From an uncultured Chloroflexia bacterium (GTDB taxonomy: Bacteria > Chloroflexota > Limnocylindria > Limnocylindrales > CSP1-4), in assembly GCA_963738685.1 (NCBI GenBank), contig CAVTXK010000002.1, forward strand, positions 1,110,653 through 1,174,652: DNA of 64,000 bases, read 5' to 3'. Position 1 is the first letter of the stretch. The number at the start of each line of letters is the position of its first letter. Positions 9,829 to 20,289 of the stretch are shown here, one piece after another. A program made the position numbers and the translations under genes. The notes below the pieces were generated by a model. That model was not told the origin of the DNA. It did no database searches and worked only from the letters and a program-made list of their open reading frames with translations.

Positions 9829-11769
9829 ATGAGGAGGATTTCGATGCGGCTGCTCCTACGCGCGCGCTCGTTGCGTGTCCTGGCCATCTGCGGTCTGATC
9901 GCCGCCATGCTCCTTCCCGCCGCTGGCCCGGTCGTGGGCCAGACCGCAGATCCGGTCATCCTGCGCGTCGGAACGACCCAGGACCTGGACTCGTTGAATC
10001 CGTACGCGACGATCCTGGTCGTCGGCTACGAGGCATTCGGGCTCTCCTATAACTACATGGTCGACTCCGGCCCGAATCTCGAGCCCGTTCCGGGTTTCGC
10101 CGACAGTTGGGAGCGATCCGCCGACGGACACTCCTGGACCTTCCACATCCGCGACGGGATGAAGTGGTCGGATGGCGAGCCCGCCACCTCGGAAGACGCG
10201 TGCTTCTCGTGGCAGCTCGGCGTCGACGCGATCGCCGCGGAAGTGTCCCTCGGTGCCGGGTACCTCGAACCGACGATGTCCGACGCGGGCGTGACCAAGG
10301 TCGAGTGCCCGGACCCCTCGACGCTGATCGCCACGACCGACGATCCCTCGGATCGAGTGCTCCAGATCGCCCTGCCCATCATCCCCAAGCACATCTGGGG
10401 TGAGGAAACGTACGAGACGATCGGCAAGGCCACATTCGAGCCACCGCTCGTCGGTACCGGCCCGTACCAGGCCGTCGACTGGCAGACCGGGCAGTTCATC
10501 CGCCTCCAGCGCAATCCGAACTACTGGGGTACCCAGGCCTACCAGGACGAGGTCGACCTCGTCATCTACAAGACCACCGACACGATGGTCCAGGCGCTCA
10601 AGAGCGGCGAACTCGATTACGCCCACGGGGTCAACGCGGAGCAGCTGAACGCCTTCGAAACCGACCCGAACATCGCAACCGTCGTGGGCAGTGCCAACGG
10701 CTGGACGCAGCTCGCGTTCAACGGCTACGGCGCGGACACGGGCAAGACGATCCCCAACGGTGGGCCGTCGACGACGGCACTCCTCGACCCGGCGTTCCGC
10801 GACGCGCTCGGCTATGCCGTCGACCACGAGGAGCTGGTCGATCGCGTGCTGGGCGGCTACGGCGACGTCGGCACGACGATCGTTCCTCCGGTCCTGACCC
10901 AGTGGCACGTCGAGCCGACGACGAAGCGCACCTTCGACATCGAGCTGGCGAAGCAGAAGCTCGAGGCAGCCGGCTACGTCCTCAACGCCGACGGCCGCCG
11001 CCTCGACAAGGAAGGCAAGCCCATCACCCTCCGGATGTTCATGCCCGACTCGGACGAGAACTATCCGAAGGCGGCCGAATTCATCGTGGCGTGGTACGGC
11101 GAGCTTGGCGTCAACGTGAGCACCCAGGTCCTGAGTTCGGCCACGCTGACCGAGATGATCTACCCGCCCGAGGGTGGCGAGGGCTACACCGCCGACTACG
11201 ACATCGAGCTCTGGGGTTGGAGCGGCGGCATCGACCCGAACGGTCTGCTATCGATCTTCAAGTGCGACGCGATCGGCGATTCGTCGGATAGCCAGTATTG
11301 CAATCCAGAGTTCGACAAGATGTACGAGGACCAGTTGAAGGCCCCGACGGCCGAGGCCCGCAAGGCGATCCTCGCCGAGATGCAGAACCTCATCTACGAC
11401 CAGGCCGTCTACGACATCCTGTACTACGACGCGAACACCGAGGCATATCGCACCGATCGCTTCGCGGGTTGGACCAACCAGCCGGAGGCGAACGGCGTGC
11501 CGTTCTTCACCTACAGCACGCTGCAGTACACGATGCTCACCGACGCCTCGCTCGCTCCGAGCCCAGCTCCGTCGGAGGCGGCAGCCTCCGGGTCACCGGG
11601 TGCCTCCGCAGCCCCGACGGCTGCGCCCAGCGGCGGCGGCGACACCGGATCCACCAGTTCCAATACGCCGCTCCTGCTCGGGCTCGCCGGGGTCGTGGCG
11701 GTCGTCGCCATCGCCCTCGGGTTGAGTCGCCGACGAGCCAAGCCGGCGGGTCCCGAGGAGGACGAGTGA
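9829..11769 (+). CDS. Peptide/nickel ABC substrate-binding protein (family 5) with C-terminal membrane anchor
   Basis: Signal peptide; WTFHIRDGMKWSDGEP, VGTGPY; Pro/Ser/Ala linker, TM helix, RRR tail. Confidence 0.92.
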   Translation: MRRISMRLLLRARSLRVLAICGLIAAMLLPAAGPVVGQTADPVILRVGTTQDLDSLNPYATILVVGYEAFGLSYNYMVDSGPNLEPVPGFADSWERSADGHSWTFHIRDGMKWSDGEPATSEDACFSWQLGVDAIAAEVSLGAGYLEPTMSDAGVTKVECPDPSTLIATTDDPSDRVLQIALPIIPKHIWGEETYETIGKATFEPPLVGTGPYQAVDWQTGQFIRLQRNPNYWGTQAYQDEVDLVIYKTTDTMVQALKSGELDYAHGVNAEQLNAFETDPNIATVVGSANGWTQLAFNGYGADTGKTIPNGGPSTTALLDPAFRDALGYAVDHEELVDRVLGGYGDVGTTIVPPVLTQWHVEPTTKRTFDIELAKQKLEAAGYVLNADGRRLDKEGKPITLRMFMPDSDENYPKAAEFIVAWYGELGVNVSTQVLSSATLTEMIYPPEGGEGYTADYDIELWGWSGGIDPNGLLSIFKCDAIGDSSDSQYCNPEFDKMYEDQLKAPTAEARKAILAEMQNLIYDQAVYDILYYDANTEAYRTDRFAGWTNQPEANGVPFFTYSTLQYTMLTDASLAPSPAPSEAAASGSPGASAAPTAAPSGGGDTGSTSSNTPLLLGLAGVVAVVAIALGLSRRRAKPAGPEEDE

Positions 11770-11813
11770 ACGGGGTCGACGAGGGCGCCGAGGGCGCGTA
11801 ACGACCCCGGACG

Positions 11814-12791
11814 ATGGGTGGCCGATACCTCGGGCGCAAGCTTGCTCAGGCCGCGCTGACGATCCTCGCGATCGTCGTGCTCAACTTCATCCTGTTCCGG
11901 ATGATGCCGGGGTCACCGGAACGGGTCCTGCTGCGCAATCAGTATCTGACCCAGGAGAAGATCGCGGCTGTCCGGGCCGAATGGGGCCTGGACAAGCCGC
12001 TGATCCCGGATCAGTTGGTGGCCTACGCCCAGGCCGACGGCGCGCGGCGACCTCGGCTACTCGTTCTTCTTCCGGGGCACGCCCGTGCTCGACGTGATCG
12101 GCCAGCGGTTCTGGCCGACGATCATCCTGATCGGCCTCGGCGAGATCATCTCGATCTTCGTGGGCCTGGCGGTCGGCGCCTACGCCGGCTGGCGACGCGG
12201 CAGTCGGACCGACCGAGTCGGTAGCGGCCTCAGCCTGGTCCTCTACTCGATGCCGTACTTCGTCATCGGTATGCCGCTGATCCTGATCTTCGCGTCGGGG
12301 CTCGGCTGGTTCCCGACGTCCGGCATGCTCGACGGTCGGGGCGACCTACACCTCGTTCCTCGACCGGCTCGTCGACTTCGGCCGCCACCTCGTCCTGCCG
12401 TTGGCGACGGTCTCGCTGGGTCTCATCGGCGCGTATTCGATCATCATGCGCTCGTCGATCATCGAGACCAGGTCGGAGGACTACATCACGACCGCGCGGG
12501 CCAAGGGGCTCACCGACAGCCGTGTCCTTCGGCATCACGCGTTCCCCAACGCGATGCTGCCGATGGTCACGATCGTCGCGATCAACCTCGGCTACGTGGT
12601 GGCGGGCGCCATCACGGCCGAGGTCGTCTTCAACTGGCCGGGCCTCGGGCACGCTCACGGTGGATGCGCTCGCTTCGCGTGACTACCCGGTCCTCCAGGG
12701 CATCTTCCTGCTCCTGTCCGTCACCGTGGTCCTCGCCAATCTCTTTGCCGATCTCCTGTATGGCGTGCTCGACCCGAGGGTTCACGCGTGA
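11814..12791 (+). CDS. ABC permease, DppB/OppB-like (apparent frameshifts ~12035, ~12330, ~12650)
   Basis: LFRMMPGSP, EAA loop EDYITTARAKGL, EVVFNWPGLG, RDYPVLQG, LDPRV spread over several frames. Confidence 0.88.
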
Positions 12792-13761
12792 GTGCCATGG
12801 CGCCGGCCACGCCGCCCGAGACCATGACACCCGGTGGGCTTCGGGCCGAGCGCTGGCGCGCGCGAGGCCGCAGTACGCGGACCTTCGTCCGGCGGTTCGC
12901 GAATCGGACGGACGGGGTCCTCGGCTTCGCCATCCTGCTGGTCTTCGCGGTGCTCGCCATCGCCCCGCAGCTGTTCGTCGGGACCGCTCGAGACCGTGAT
13001 CACGGCGACCGGCGATACGCTCGAGCCTCCTTCGGCGGCGCACCTCCTTGGGACCGATGAACTGGGGCGCGACATCCTCAACCGGACGGTTCACGGTGCG
13101 CGGATCTCGATGTCGATCGGGCTGATGGCGACCTTCATCACGATCTTCGTGGGCGCCCTCATCGGTGTCGTCTCCGGCTTCGTCGGCGGGCGGGTCGACA
13201 GCGCCCTCATGCGCTTGACGGACTTCTTCCTGGTGCTGCCGACGTTCGTCCTGGCGATCGTCCTTGCGCCGGTCATCCTCGACATCATCGGGGTCGAGGC
13301 CGAGTTGCTCGGGTTGCGGGCGACGCTTGCTCGTGATCGTCGTCGTGATCGGGATCACGTCGTGGGCCATCACGGCCCGGATCATCCGGTCGCAGACCTT
13401 GTCGATCCGGGAGCGGATGTTCGTGGACCGGGCGAGGGTCATCGGCAGCGGCCGGGGCCACATCATGCGCCGCCACATCTTTCCCAATGTCGTGAATCTC
13501 ATCGTCGCGCAAGCGGTCATCACGTTCGCAGCGGCCGTGTTCACCGAGACGAGCCTGTCGTTCATCGGCCTCGGCGATCCGTTCGCGCCGTCGTGGGGCC
13601 AGATCCTGGACTCAGCCCAGAGCTCCGGGGCGCCGGGGCTGGGTGCGTGGTGGTATTTCACGCCGCCGGCCGTCTGTGTGGTGCTCGTGGTCCTGTCCTT
13701 CACCCTCGTCGGGAACGCCCTGGACGACATCCTCAACCCGAAGTCGATGACTCGCCGATGA
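12788..13761 (+). CDS. ABC permease, DppC/OppC-like (apparent frameshifts ~12980, ~13320)
   Basis: HLLGTDELGRD, RHIFPNV, LSFIGLG, SWGQIL, GNALDDILNP; GTGA overlap. Confidence 0.88.
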
Positions 13762-15004
13762 GCGACCCACGCGATCCGATGCACCCGGCCGAGGATGGGT
13801 TCGCCGACGAGAGCAGCGCCACCGCGGAGATCGAGGAGGCACGCGAGGCCGAACGGGCCGCCGAGGAGGCGCTCGCTGCCGAGCGGGCCGCGCGGGCCGC
13901 GCGAAGCCTCGAGGCGGATCGCGCCGACCTGGCCGCGACGCGTGGCCGGCGCCTATGGCCTTTGCCGAAGCAGGCCGATCCCTCCGCGCCCTTGCTGGTG
14001 GTCGAGGACCTGCGGACCCACTTCAAGCTCGGGACCGGCTGGGTCAAAGCCGTCGATGGCGTGAGCTTCCGCCTGAACGACGGTGAGGCGCTCGGACTGG
14101 CGGGCGAATCGGGATGTGGCAAGACGACGACCGCGTTGTCGATGGTCCGGCTCCTGCCCTCCAACGCCCGGATCCGCAAGGGCAGCAGCATCAAGCTCTT
14201 CGGCATCGACCTGGTGCCCAAGACCGAAGAACAGTTGCGCCGCTATCGATGGCGCGAGATCAGCATCGTGTTCCAGGGCGCGATGAGCGCGCTCAACCCG
14301 GTCCGCCGGGTCGGTGACCAGATCGCCGAACCGATCGAGATCCGTCTGGGCGAGTCGAAGGAGCGGGCCGGACGACGGGCAGTCGAGCTGCTCGAGCTGG
14401 TCGGCATCCCGCGCAAGCGAGCCGGGGCCTACCCGCACGAGCTGTCCGGTGGGATGCGCCAGCGCGCCATGATCGCGATGGCCCTGGCCTGCGATCCCGC
14501 CATCGTCATCGGCGACGAGCCGACGACCGCGCTCGACGTCATGGTCCAGGCCCAGATCCTGCAGTTGCTCGAGCGTTGCGCCAGGAGCTCGGCCTCTCGT
14601 TGATCCTCATCACCCACGACCTGTCGGTCATCGCGGAGACCTGCGATCGCACGCTCGTCATGTACGCGGGCAAGGTCGCCGAGGAGGGCCCGGTCCGGAA
14701 GATCTTCAGCGCCCCCCGCCACCCGTACACGAGCAAGCTCCTCGGGGCCTTTCCGAGCATCCAGGCCGACCGGCGAAGCCTCGACACCATCCCCGGGGTG
14801 CCGCCCGACCTCCGCGACCCACCATCGGGCTGCCGATTCCACCCGCGCTGTCCGGCGGCGATGGCGGTGTGCAAGGAGATCGTGCCGCCCGAGGTGCTCT
14901 TTCCCGACGGTGTACGGGTCGCCTGCCATCTGCACCCGCCCGGACGCGAGGGCGGCGAGCTCGTCAGTGCCGCCGATGTCGCGGCACGCGGGGCGACGGC
15001 GTGA
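13758..15004 (+). CDS. ABC ATPase, DppD-like (apparent frameshift ~14578)
   Basis: [39 protein letters not shown]; about 75-aa charged N-terminal extension. Confidence 0.92.
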
Positions 15005-16193
15005 CGCAGGAACAGGACCTGTTCCGGATCGAGGGGCTCGAGGTCCATTTCCCGATCCACCTTGGCGTGGTCGATACCGCGCGCCGCCGACCCAGGGGCA
15101 AGGTCCGGGCGGTCGACGGGATCGACCTGACCCTGCGCCGCGGTGAGGTCCTGGCCCTGGTCGGGGAATCGGGCAGTGGCAAGACGACCACCGGCCGGGT
15201 GATCGTGAAGCTGACCCGCCAGACCGGCGGACGGCTCTGGTTCGATGGGCAGGACGTCAGCGGGCTGTGGGGGACGAGCGCGCTTCGCGCATACCGCCGG
15301 CGCGTCCAGATGATCTTCCAGGACCCGTACGAGACGTTGAACCCCAAGCAGACGATCTTCGACTTCGTCGTCGAGCCCCTGGAGGTCAACGGCCTTGGCC
15401 TCGGTCGGGCCGAGCGCCAACGCAGGGTCTTCGAGGTGCTCGAGGCCGCCGGGCTGCGGCCCGCCACGGACTTCGCCTTCCGCTATCCGCACGAATTGTC
15501 CGGCGGTCAGCGTCAGCGAGTCGTCATCGCGGGGGCGCTGGTCATGAACCCGGAACTGATCGTCGCGGACGAGCCGGTCTCGATGCTGGACGTGTCGATC
15601 CGGACCGAACTGCTGCGGCTCATGCTGGCGCTTCGCCAGGAGCGTGGGTTGACCTACCTGTTCATCACCCACGACCTGTCGTTGGCCTGGGTCATCGCGG
15701 ACCGGATCGCAGTGATGTATCTCGGCAAGATCATGGAGATCGGTCCGGCCGAGTCGGTCATCCGATCGCCGCGCAATCCCTATACCGAAGCCCTCGTCTC
15801 GGTCTCGCCTTCGCCCGACCCGCCGACGCGAGGGGAGTCGGGCCCGCAGGACGATCCTTGTTGGCGAGACACCGGACGCCGCACACGTCCCGACGGGGTG
15901 TCGGTTCCATCCCCGCTGCCCGAAGGTGTTCGACCGGTGCCTCGTCGAGGAGCCGCCGTTGTTCGACGTCGGCGGTGGTCAGTCCGCCGCGTGCTGGCTT
16001 GCGGAGCCGGGGCTGGCGGATGGCGGTCGGGCGCTGCCGATGGCGGGGGCCGTGGGGCCCGCCCAGACCGTGGCGCCCGCCCAGACCGTGGCGCCCGCCC
16101 AGACCGTGGCGCCCGCCCAGCCCGTGGCGCCCGCCCAGCCCGTCGACCGCGCCCGCGGCGATCCCGCCTGCACCGACAACGGAGGCCCCATGA
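15001..16193 (+). CDS. ABC ATPase, DppF-like (apparent frameshift ~15840; 3' end uncertain)
   Basis: [43 protein letters not shown]...AACW. Confidence 0.88.
16050..16143. repeat. 18-bp tandem repeat x5 (CCGTGGCGCCCGCCCAGA/C) in the DppF tail
   Basis: Units start at 16050, 16068, 16086, 16104, 16122. Confidence 0.95.
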
Positions 16194-16765
16194 CCGATCC
16201 GCTCGGCGCCGATGCCGCCGCGCAGCCCGCGCTCGAGCCGGCCACCATCGCCGACCTGCTCGGCGCGGCGTCCACCACGGTCTCGGCCGAGCTGGCCGCG
16301 CTGGGCCGTGCCGCCGCCGGCTGGCGCCCCGCACCCGGGGAGTGGAGCGCGAACGAATGTGTCGGGCACCTGATCGAGGCCGAGCGGCGCGGCTTCGCGG
16401 GCCGGATCCGGACGATCCTGGAAGCGGCCCATGGCGACCAGCCGTTCCTGCCGCCGGACCTGGAGTCCTGGGATCCGCCGGCGGTGGCCGCGCAACGTCG
16501 CGACGACCTGCGCGACCCGGCGGAGCTCGTCGACGAGTTCGTCGCGTTGCGGGCGGACGGCGTCGCGCTCGTCCGGTCCCTCTCGCACGCGGACCTGGAG
16601 CGTTCTGGCAACCACCCGCAGGTCGGCCCGTTGCGGGTCGACGAGCTGCTGGGGGAGTGGGTCCACCACGATCGGAACCACGTCCGGCAGCTCCTCGCGG
16701 TGACCCAGGCACGGGTCTGGGGCCAGATGGGCAACGCCCGCCGGTTCAGCCTCGAGGAGGACTGA
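16190..16765 (+). CDS. DinB family protein
   Basis: PAPGEWSANECVGHL and EWVHHDRNH His motifs; GGAGG RBS before ATG 16190. Confidence 0.88.
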   Translation: MTDPLGADAAAQPALEPATIADLLGAASTTVSAELAALGRAAAGWRPAPGEWSANECVGHLIEAERRGFAGRIRTILEAAHGDQPFLPPDLESWDPPAVAAQRRDDLRDPAELVDEFVALRADGVALVRSLSHADLERSGNHPQVGPLRVDELLGEWVHHDRNHVRQLLAVTQARVWGQMGNARRFSLEED

Positions 16766-16803
16766 CCGGCGACACGGGCGTCGTTGCCACCCAGGCGCCG
16801 GCG

Positions 16804-17469
16804 CTAGGCGAGCGCCTCGTCACCGCCGAAGTCGACCACGCGGAACACCGCCCAGCCCACCACGGCGCCAACGATCGGTGCCACGAGATAGATCCAGAGG
16901 CCGGTCAGGTCACCACCGACGAGCGCGGACCCGATCGACCGGGCCGGGTTGACCGATGCGCCGGTCAACGGGGCGGACGCGAAATGGATCGCCACGAGCG
17001 TCAGGGGGATCGCCAGCGGCGCGAGCGACGGCGCGCGCTTCGATGAGGTCAGGATGACCAGCACGAACCCAGCGGTCAGGACGGCCTCCAGCAGCAGGGC
17101 TCCGACGTCCGTCACGCCCCCGCCCGGTTTGGTCACGCCGGCGGCGACCGCGGCCTGGGACGTGACGAGGAGGATCACTCCAGCTGCGCCGATCGCCCCG
17201 ATGATCTGGGCGACGATGTAGCCGACGGCGTTGAGCGGTGTCGTCCGGCCGTCTAGGACCATCGAGACGGTGACGGCCGGGTTGAAATGGCCCCCCGAGA
17301 CATGCCCCGTGGCGAAGATGGCCGCGAGCAGCCCCAGGCCGAACGCGAACGGCACGACAAGGAGGCTGGGCACCTCCTGGGCGCCGAATGCAGCGACCGA
17401 GGCATATCCGAGCGTCATGAACAGGAACGTGCCGATCAGCTCGGCCAGGTACTTGCGCGTATCCATCAT
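16804..17469 (-). CDS. aqpZ: MIP family aquaporin
   Basis: SGGHFNPAVT and GASVNPARS; multiple hydrophobic segments. Confidence 0.93.
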   Translation of the reverse strand: MMDTRKYLAELIGTFLFMTLGYASVAAFGAQEVPSLLVVPFAFGLGLLAAIFATGHVSGGHFNPAVTVSMVLDGRTTPLNAVGYIVAQIIGAIGAAGVILLVTSQAAVAAGVTKPGGGVTDVGALLLEAVLTAGFVLVILTSSKRAPSLAPLAIPLTLVAIHFASAPLTGASVNPARSIGSALVGGDLTGLWIYLVAPIVGAVVGWAVFRVVDFGGDEALA

Positions 17470-17525
17470 CCCTCCTGCGGCCCGTTGCCGATCAGCAACG
17501 GTCTGGGCACCCCGATGCTACTCGG

Positions 17526-18152
17526 TCAGGCAAGTGCGGCGCGGGCGGCACGGACCAACAGGGCGTCGCGCCAGGTCCGACACAGGACCTCGATGAGTTC
17601 CAGCCGATCGACGGCCGCATCGACGTCCGGTCCGACGGCCACGGCCCCGTGACGCTCGAGCAGGCAGGCAACGGCGAGCGGATCCGGGCCGCCGCTGAGG
17701 GCCGCCGCGACGCGCGCCGCCAGATCGTCGCTCCCCATCTCCCCGAACGGCACGTACGGCAGCCGTGGGATGAACAGGGCGGTCTCGGGCAGGATGCTCG
17801 GGTCGGGAACCTCGCCCGCCAGGGTCAGGCCCATCGAGGCCGGCAGGTGGGCATGGACGACCGCGCCGATGTCCGCCCGAGCGGCGTGGACCGCCAGGTG
17901 GATCGTGAGATCCGACGACGGGGCAAGCCCGGATCGCGACCGCGCCGCGTGCTCCCCATCGGCATGGCCGGGCCGAACCACGACGAGGTCGTCGGACGCG
18001 AGCTCGTCCTTGCGCCGACCGCGTGGCGTGATGAGCAGCCGTTCCGCATCCAGGCGGATCGACAGGTTCCCCTCGCCGGCCGCGATGAGCCCGCGCGCCC
18101 CGAGCCGTCGACCCGCGGCGACGATCGCGGCGGCGGCGCTGGCATCGTCCAT
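17526..18152 (-). CDS. Class II aldolase/adducin family protein
   Basis: EGNLSIR, PSSDLTIH, VVHAH, LERHGAV. Confidence 0.92.
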   Translation of the reverse strand: MDDASAAAAIVAAGRRLGARGLIAAGEGNLSIRLDAERLLITPRGRRKDELASDDLVVVRPGHADGEHAARSRSGLAPSSDLTIHLAVHAARADIGAVVHAHLPASMGLTLAGEVPDPSILPETALFIPRLPYVPFGEMGSDDLAARVAAALSGGPDPLAVACLLERHGAVAVGPDVDAAVDRLELIEVLCRTWRDALLVRAARAALA

Positions 18153-18205
18153 CGCCGCATGCTACGGCAGCCGCCGGGGTCGCCGCCGTCTCGTACCATC
18201 CGCCG

Positions 18206-19486
18206 GTGACCGCCACCCCGACCACGCCTGCGGAGCCGCCGAGCCACCGGTTGCGACCCGCGGACCACCCGCAGCCGCTGTCCGCGAACCGTGACTTCAA
18301 GATCCTTCTGGGTTCCCAGGCGGTATCGGCGCTCGGCGACGCGGTGAGCTTCACGGCCCTGCCGCTGCTGGTGCTCGCCCTGACCGGGTCTGGGCTGGCG
18401 ATGGGCCTCGTCGGCGCGCTCCAGACCCTGCCGGATCTCGTCTTCGGCATGATCGCTGGCGCCCTCGCCGATCGGCAGGATCGGCGTCGGATGATGTTCC
18501 TCTCCGACCTGGGCCGGGCCGGCCTGACCGCGCTGATCCCCCTGACGGTGTTCCTCGGCGGGCCGACGATGCTGGTGATCCTGATCGTGGCCGCGCCGCT
18601 GAGCGTGCTGCGCGCCCTGTTCCTGGCCGCGTACACGGCGTCGGTGCCCGCCGTCGTGGGACGCTCCCAGATCGGCCGGGCGAATTCCATCTTCGAGGCG
18701 ATCTACTCGGTCGGCTTCATCGTCGGTCCGGCCGTCGCGGGCATCCTCTCGTCGACCATCGGACCCGGCCCGACGCTCGCCATCGACGCCGTTTCGTTCG
18801 CCCTGTCCGGACTCGCGTTGGCGCTCGTCCGGCGCGACCTGCGCGCTCCCGTGGACCGTCCGAAGGCCAGCCTCGTCGCGGACATCCGGGAGGGCATCGA
18901 CTACATCCTCGGTCACTCGCTCTTGCGGACGATGATCCTCTTCTGGGGCATCGTCTCGATCTCGTTCGCGCCGCTCGTCACGGCCCTGGCGGTCTACATC
19001 ACGCGCGACCTGGGCCTCCCGGACACGATCCTCGGATTGGTCCTCACGGCCTACGGCATCGGGACCGTCGTGGGCTCGCTGCTTGCCGCGCGCGCCACCC
19101 ATCGGCCGGTCGGGCCGACCCTGCTCGGTGGCACGTTCGTGACCGGCATCGCCCTGCTCGTCGTCGCGACGACCGACCAGGTGCCGATCCTCCTCGCCGC
19201 CGCCGTCATCTCCGGCGTCGCCCAGTCGATGGTGCTCGTGACCTATATCACCATCCGCACGGCCTACTCGCCAGACGCGCTCCTGGGTCGCATCGGAAGT
19301 ACGGCCCGGACGATCTCACTCGGCCTCCAGCCGGTCGGGCTGCTCGTCGGCGGAGCCCTCATCGACCTGACGAACGGCTCGACGACGATCGCCGTCCTGG
19401 GCGTCGGGCTGGCGCTCGTGAGCCTGGCCTTCGTGCCGGCTCGAGCGCTGCGTCATGCCGCCCTGCACCCGAGGATCCAGCGTTAG
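18206..19486 (+). CDS. MFS transporter
   Basis: About 12 TM segments; GALADRQDRRR motif A; LLGRIGS. Confidence 0.93.
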   Translation: MTATPTTPAEPPSHRLRPADHPQPLSANRDFKILLGSQAVSALGDAVSFTALPLLVLALTGSGLAMGLVGALQTLPDLVFGMIAGALADRQDRRRMMFLSDLGRAGLTALIPLTVFLGGPTMLVILIVAAPLSVLRALFLAAYTASVPAVVGRSQIGRANSIFEAIYSVGFIVGPAVAGILSSTIGPGPTLAIDAVSFALSGLALALVRRDLRAPVDRPKASLVADIREGIDYILGHSLLRTMILFWGIVSISFAPLVTALAVYITRDLGLPDTILGLVLTAYGIGTVVGSLLAARATHRPVGPTLLGGTFVTGIALLVVATTDQVPILLAAAVISGVAQSMVLVTYITIRTAYSPDALLGRIGSTARTISLGLQPVGLLVGGALIDLTNGSTTIAVLGVGLALVSLAFVPARALRHAALHPRIQR

Positions 19487-19620
19487 GCGGCCGCCTCGAG
19501 GAGGCGGACCGGGTCCGGCGCGACCTCGACCGTGACGCCGCATCCGTCGCATGCGACGAGCGTCAGCGCCTCGTCCGTGGTGGCTTCGCCCGCGCAGAGC
19601 GGGCAATCGATCGTGAGCAT
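19483..19620 (-). CDS. 45-aa zinc-ribbon protein
   Basis: MLTIDCPLC...CDGC; AAGGAG RBS. Confidence 0.7.
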   Translation of the reverse strand: MLTIDCPLCAGEATTDEALTLVACDGCGVTVEVAPDPVRLLEAAA

Positions 19621-19688
19621 CTCCGTGGACTCCTTCGTGTGGTCTGCCATCTTGGCGTTGACCGGAGTCTCGGAGCCGGCTGTGACAG

Positions 19689-20278
19689 CTAGCGTGTCAC
19701 GCCGTAGCGGAAGCACCCCGGAAGGTGGTCGTCGACCAGTCCGACGCTCTGCATGAACGCGTAGACGATCGTCGAGCCGACGAACCGGAACCCCCGCCGC
19801 CGCAGGTCGCGCGAGAGGCGTCGGACACGGGCGTCGTCCCCGGGACGTCCGCCGATGTCGCCCCGGTCGGCAATCGCGCCGGTGGCCCGGGGACCATCGA
19901 CGCGAGGTACGCATCGAATGACCCGAACTCCGCGGCGGTCGCCAGCAGGGCCGCTGCGTTGCCGATCGTCGCATCGATCTTGGCCCGGTTCCGCACGATC
20001 CCGGCATCGGCCATCAGGCGTGCCCGGTCGTCCTCACCGAACGCGGCCACGACGCGCGGATCGAAGCCCCGGAACGCCTCGCGGAACGCTGGCCGCTTGT
20101 TGAGGATCGTCGACCACGACAGCCCGGCCTGGAACGACTCGAGGGCCAGCCGCTCGAACAGCTCGATGTCGTCGTGGGTGGGCACGCCCCACTCGTCGTC
20201 GTGATAGGCCACCATCCGCGGATCGGGCCGGACGCCCTCGGCGCCCGACCACCAGCAGCGAGTTAGTCCATCGGTCAT
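19689..20278 (-). CDS. tag: DNA-3-methyladenine glycosylase I (apparent frameshift ~19815)
   Basis: TRCWW, YHDDEWG, LESFQAGLSW, IVRNRAKI; after the frame change GFRFVGSTIVYAFMQSVGLVDDHLPGC. Confidence 0.93.
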
Positions 20279-20289
20279 CCGGGCGCCGG

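Noticed and set aside
7388-9832. 814-aa PhzF-sarcosine oxidase fusion
   Set aside because: Artefact of a frameshift near 8370; PhzF ends at 8426 and solA has its own TACCAT/ATG.
11814-16193. Pseudogenised or programmed-frameshift dpp operon
   Set aside because: Motifs are intact, no slippery sites are evident, and unrelated neighbours show the same indel pattern.
19483-19620. lysW
   Set aside because: No C-terminal EDWGE and no lysX/Z/Y genes nearby.
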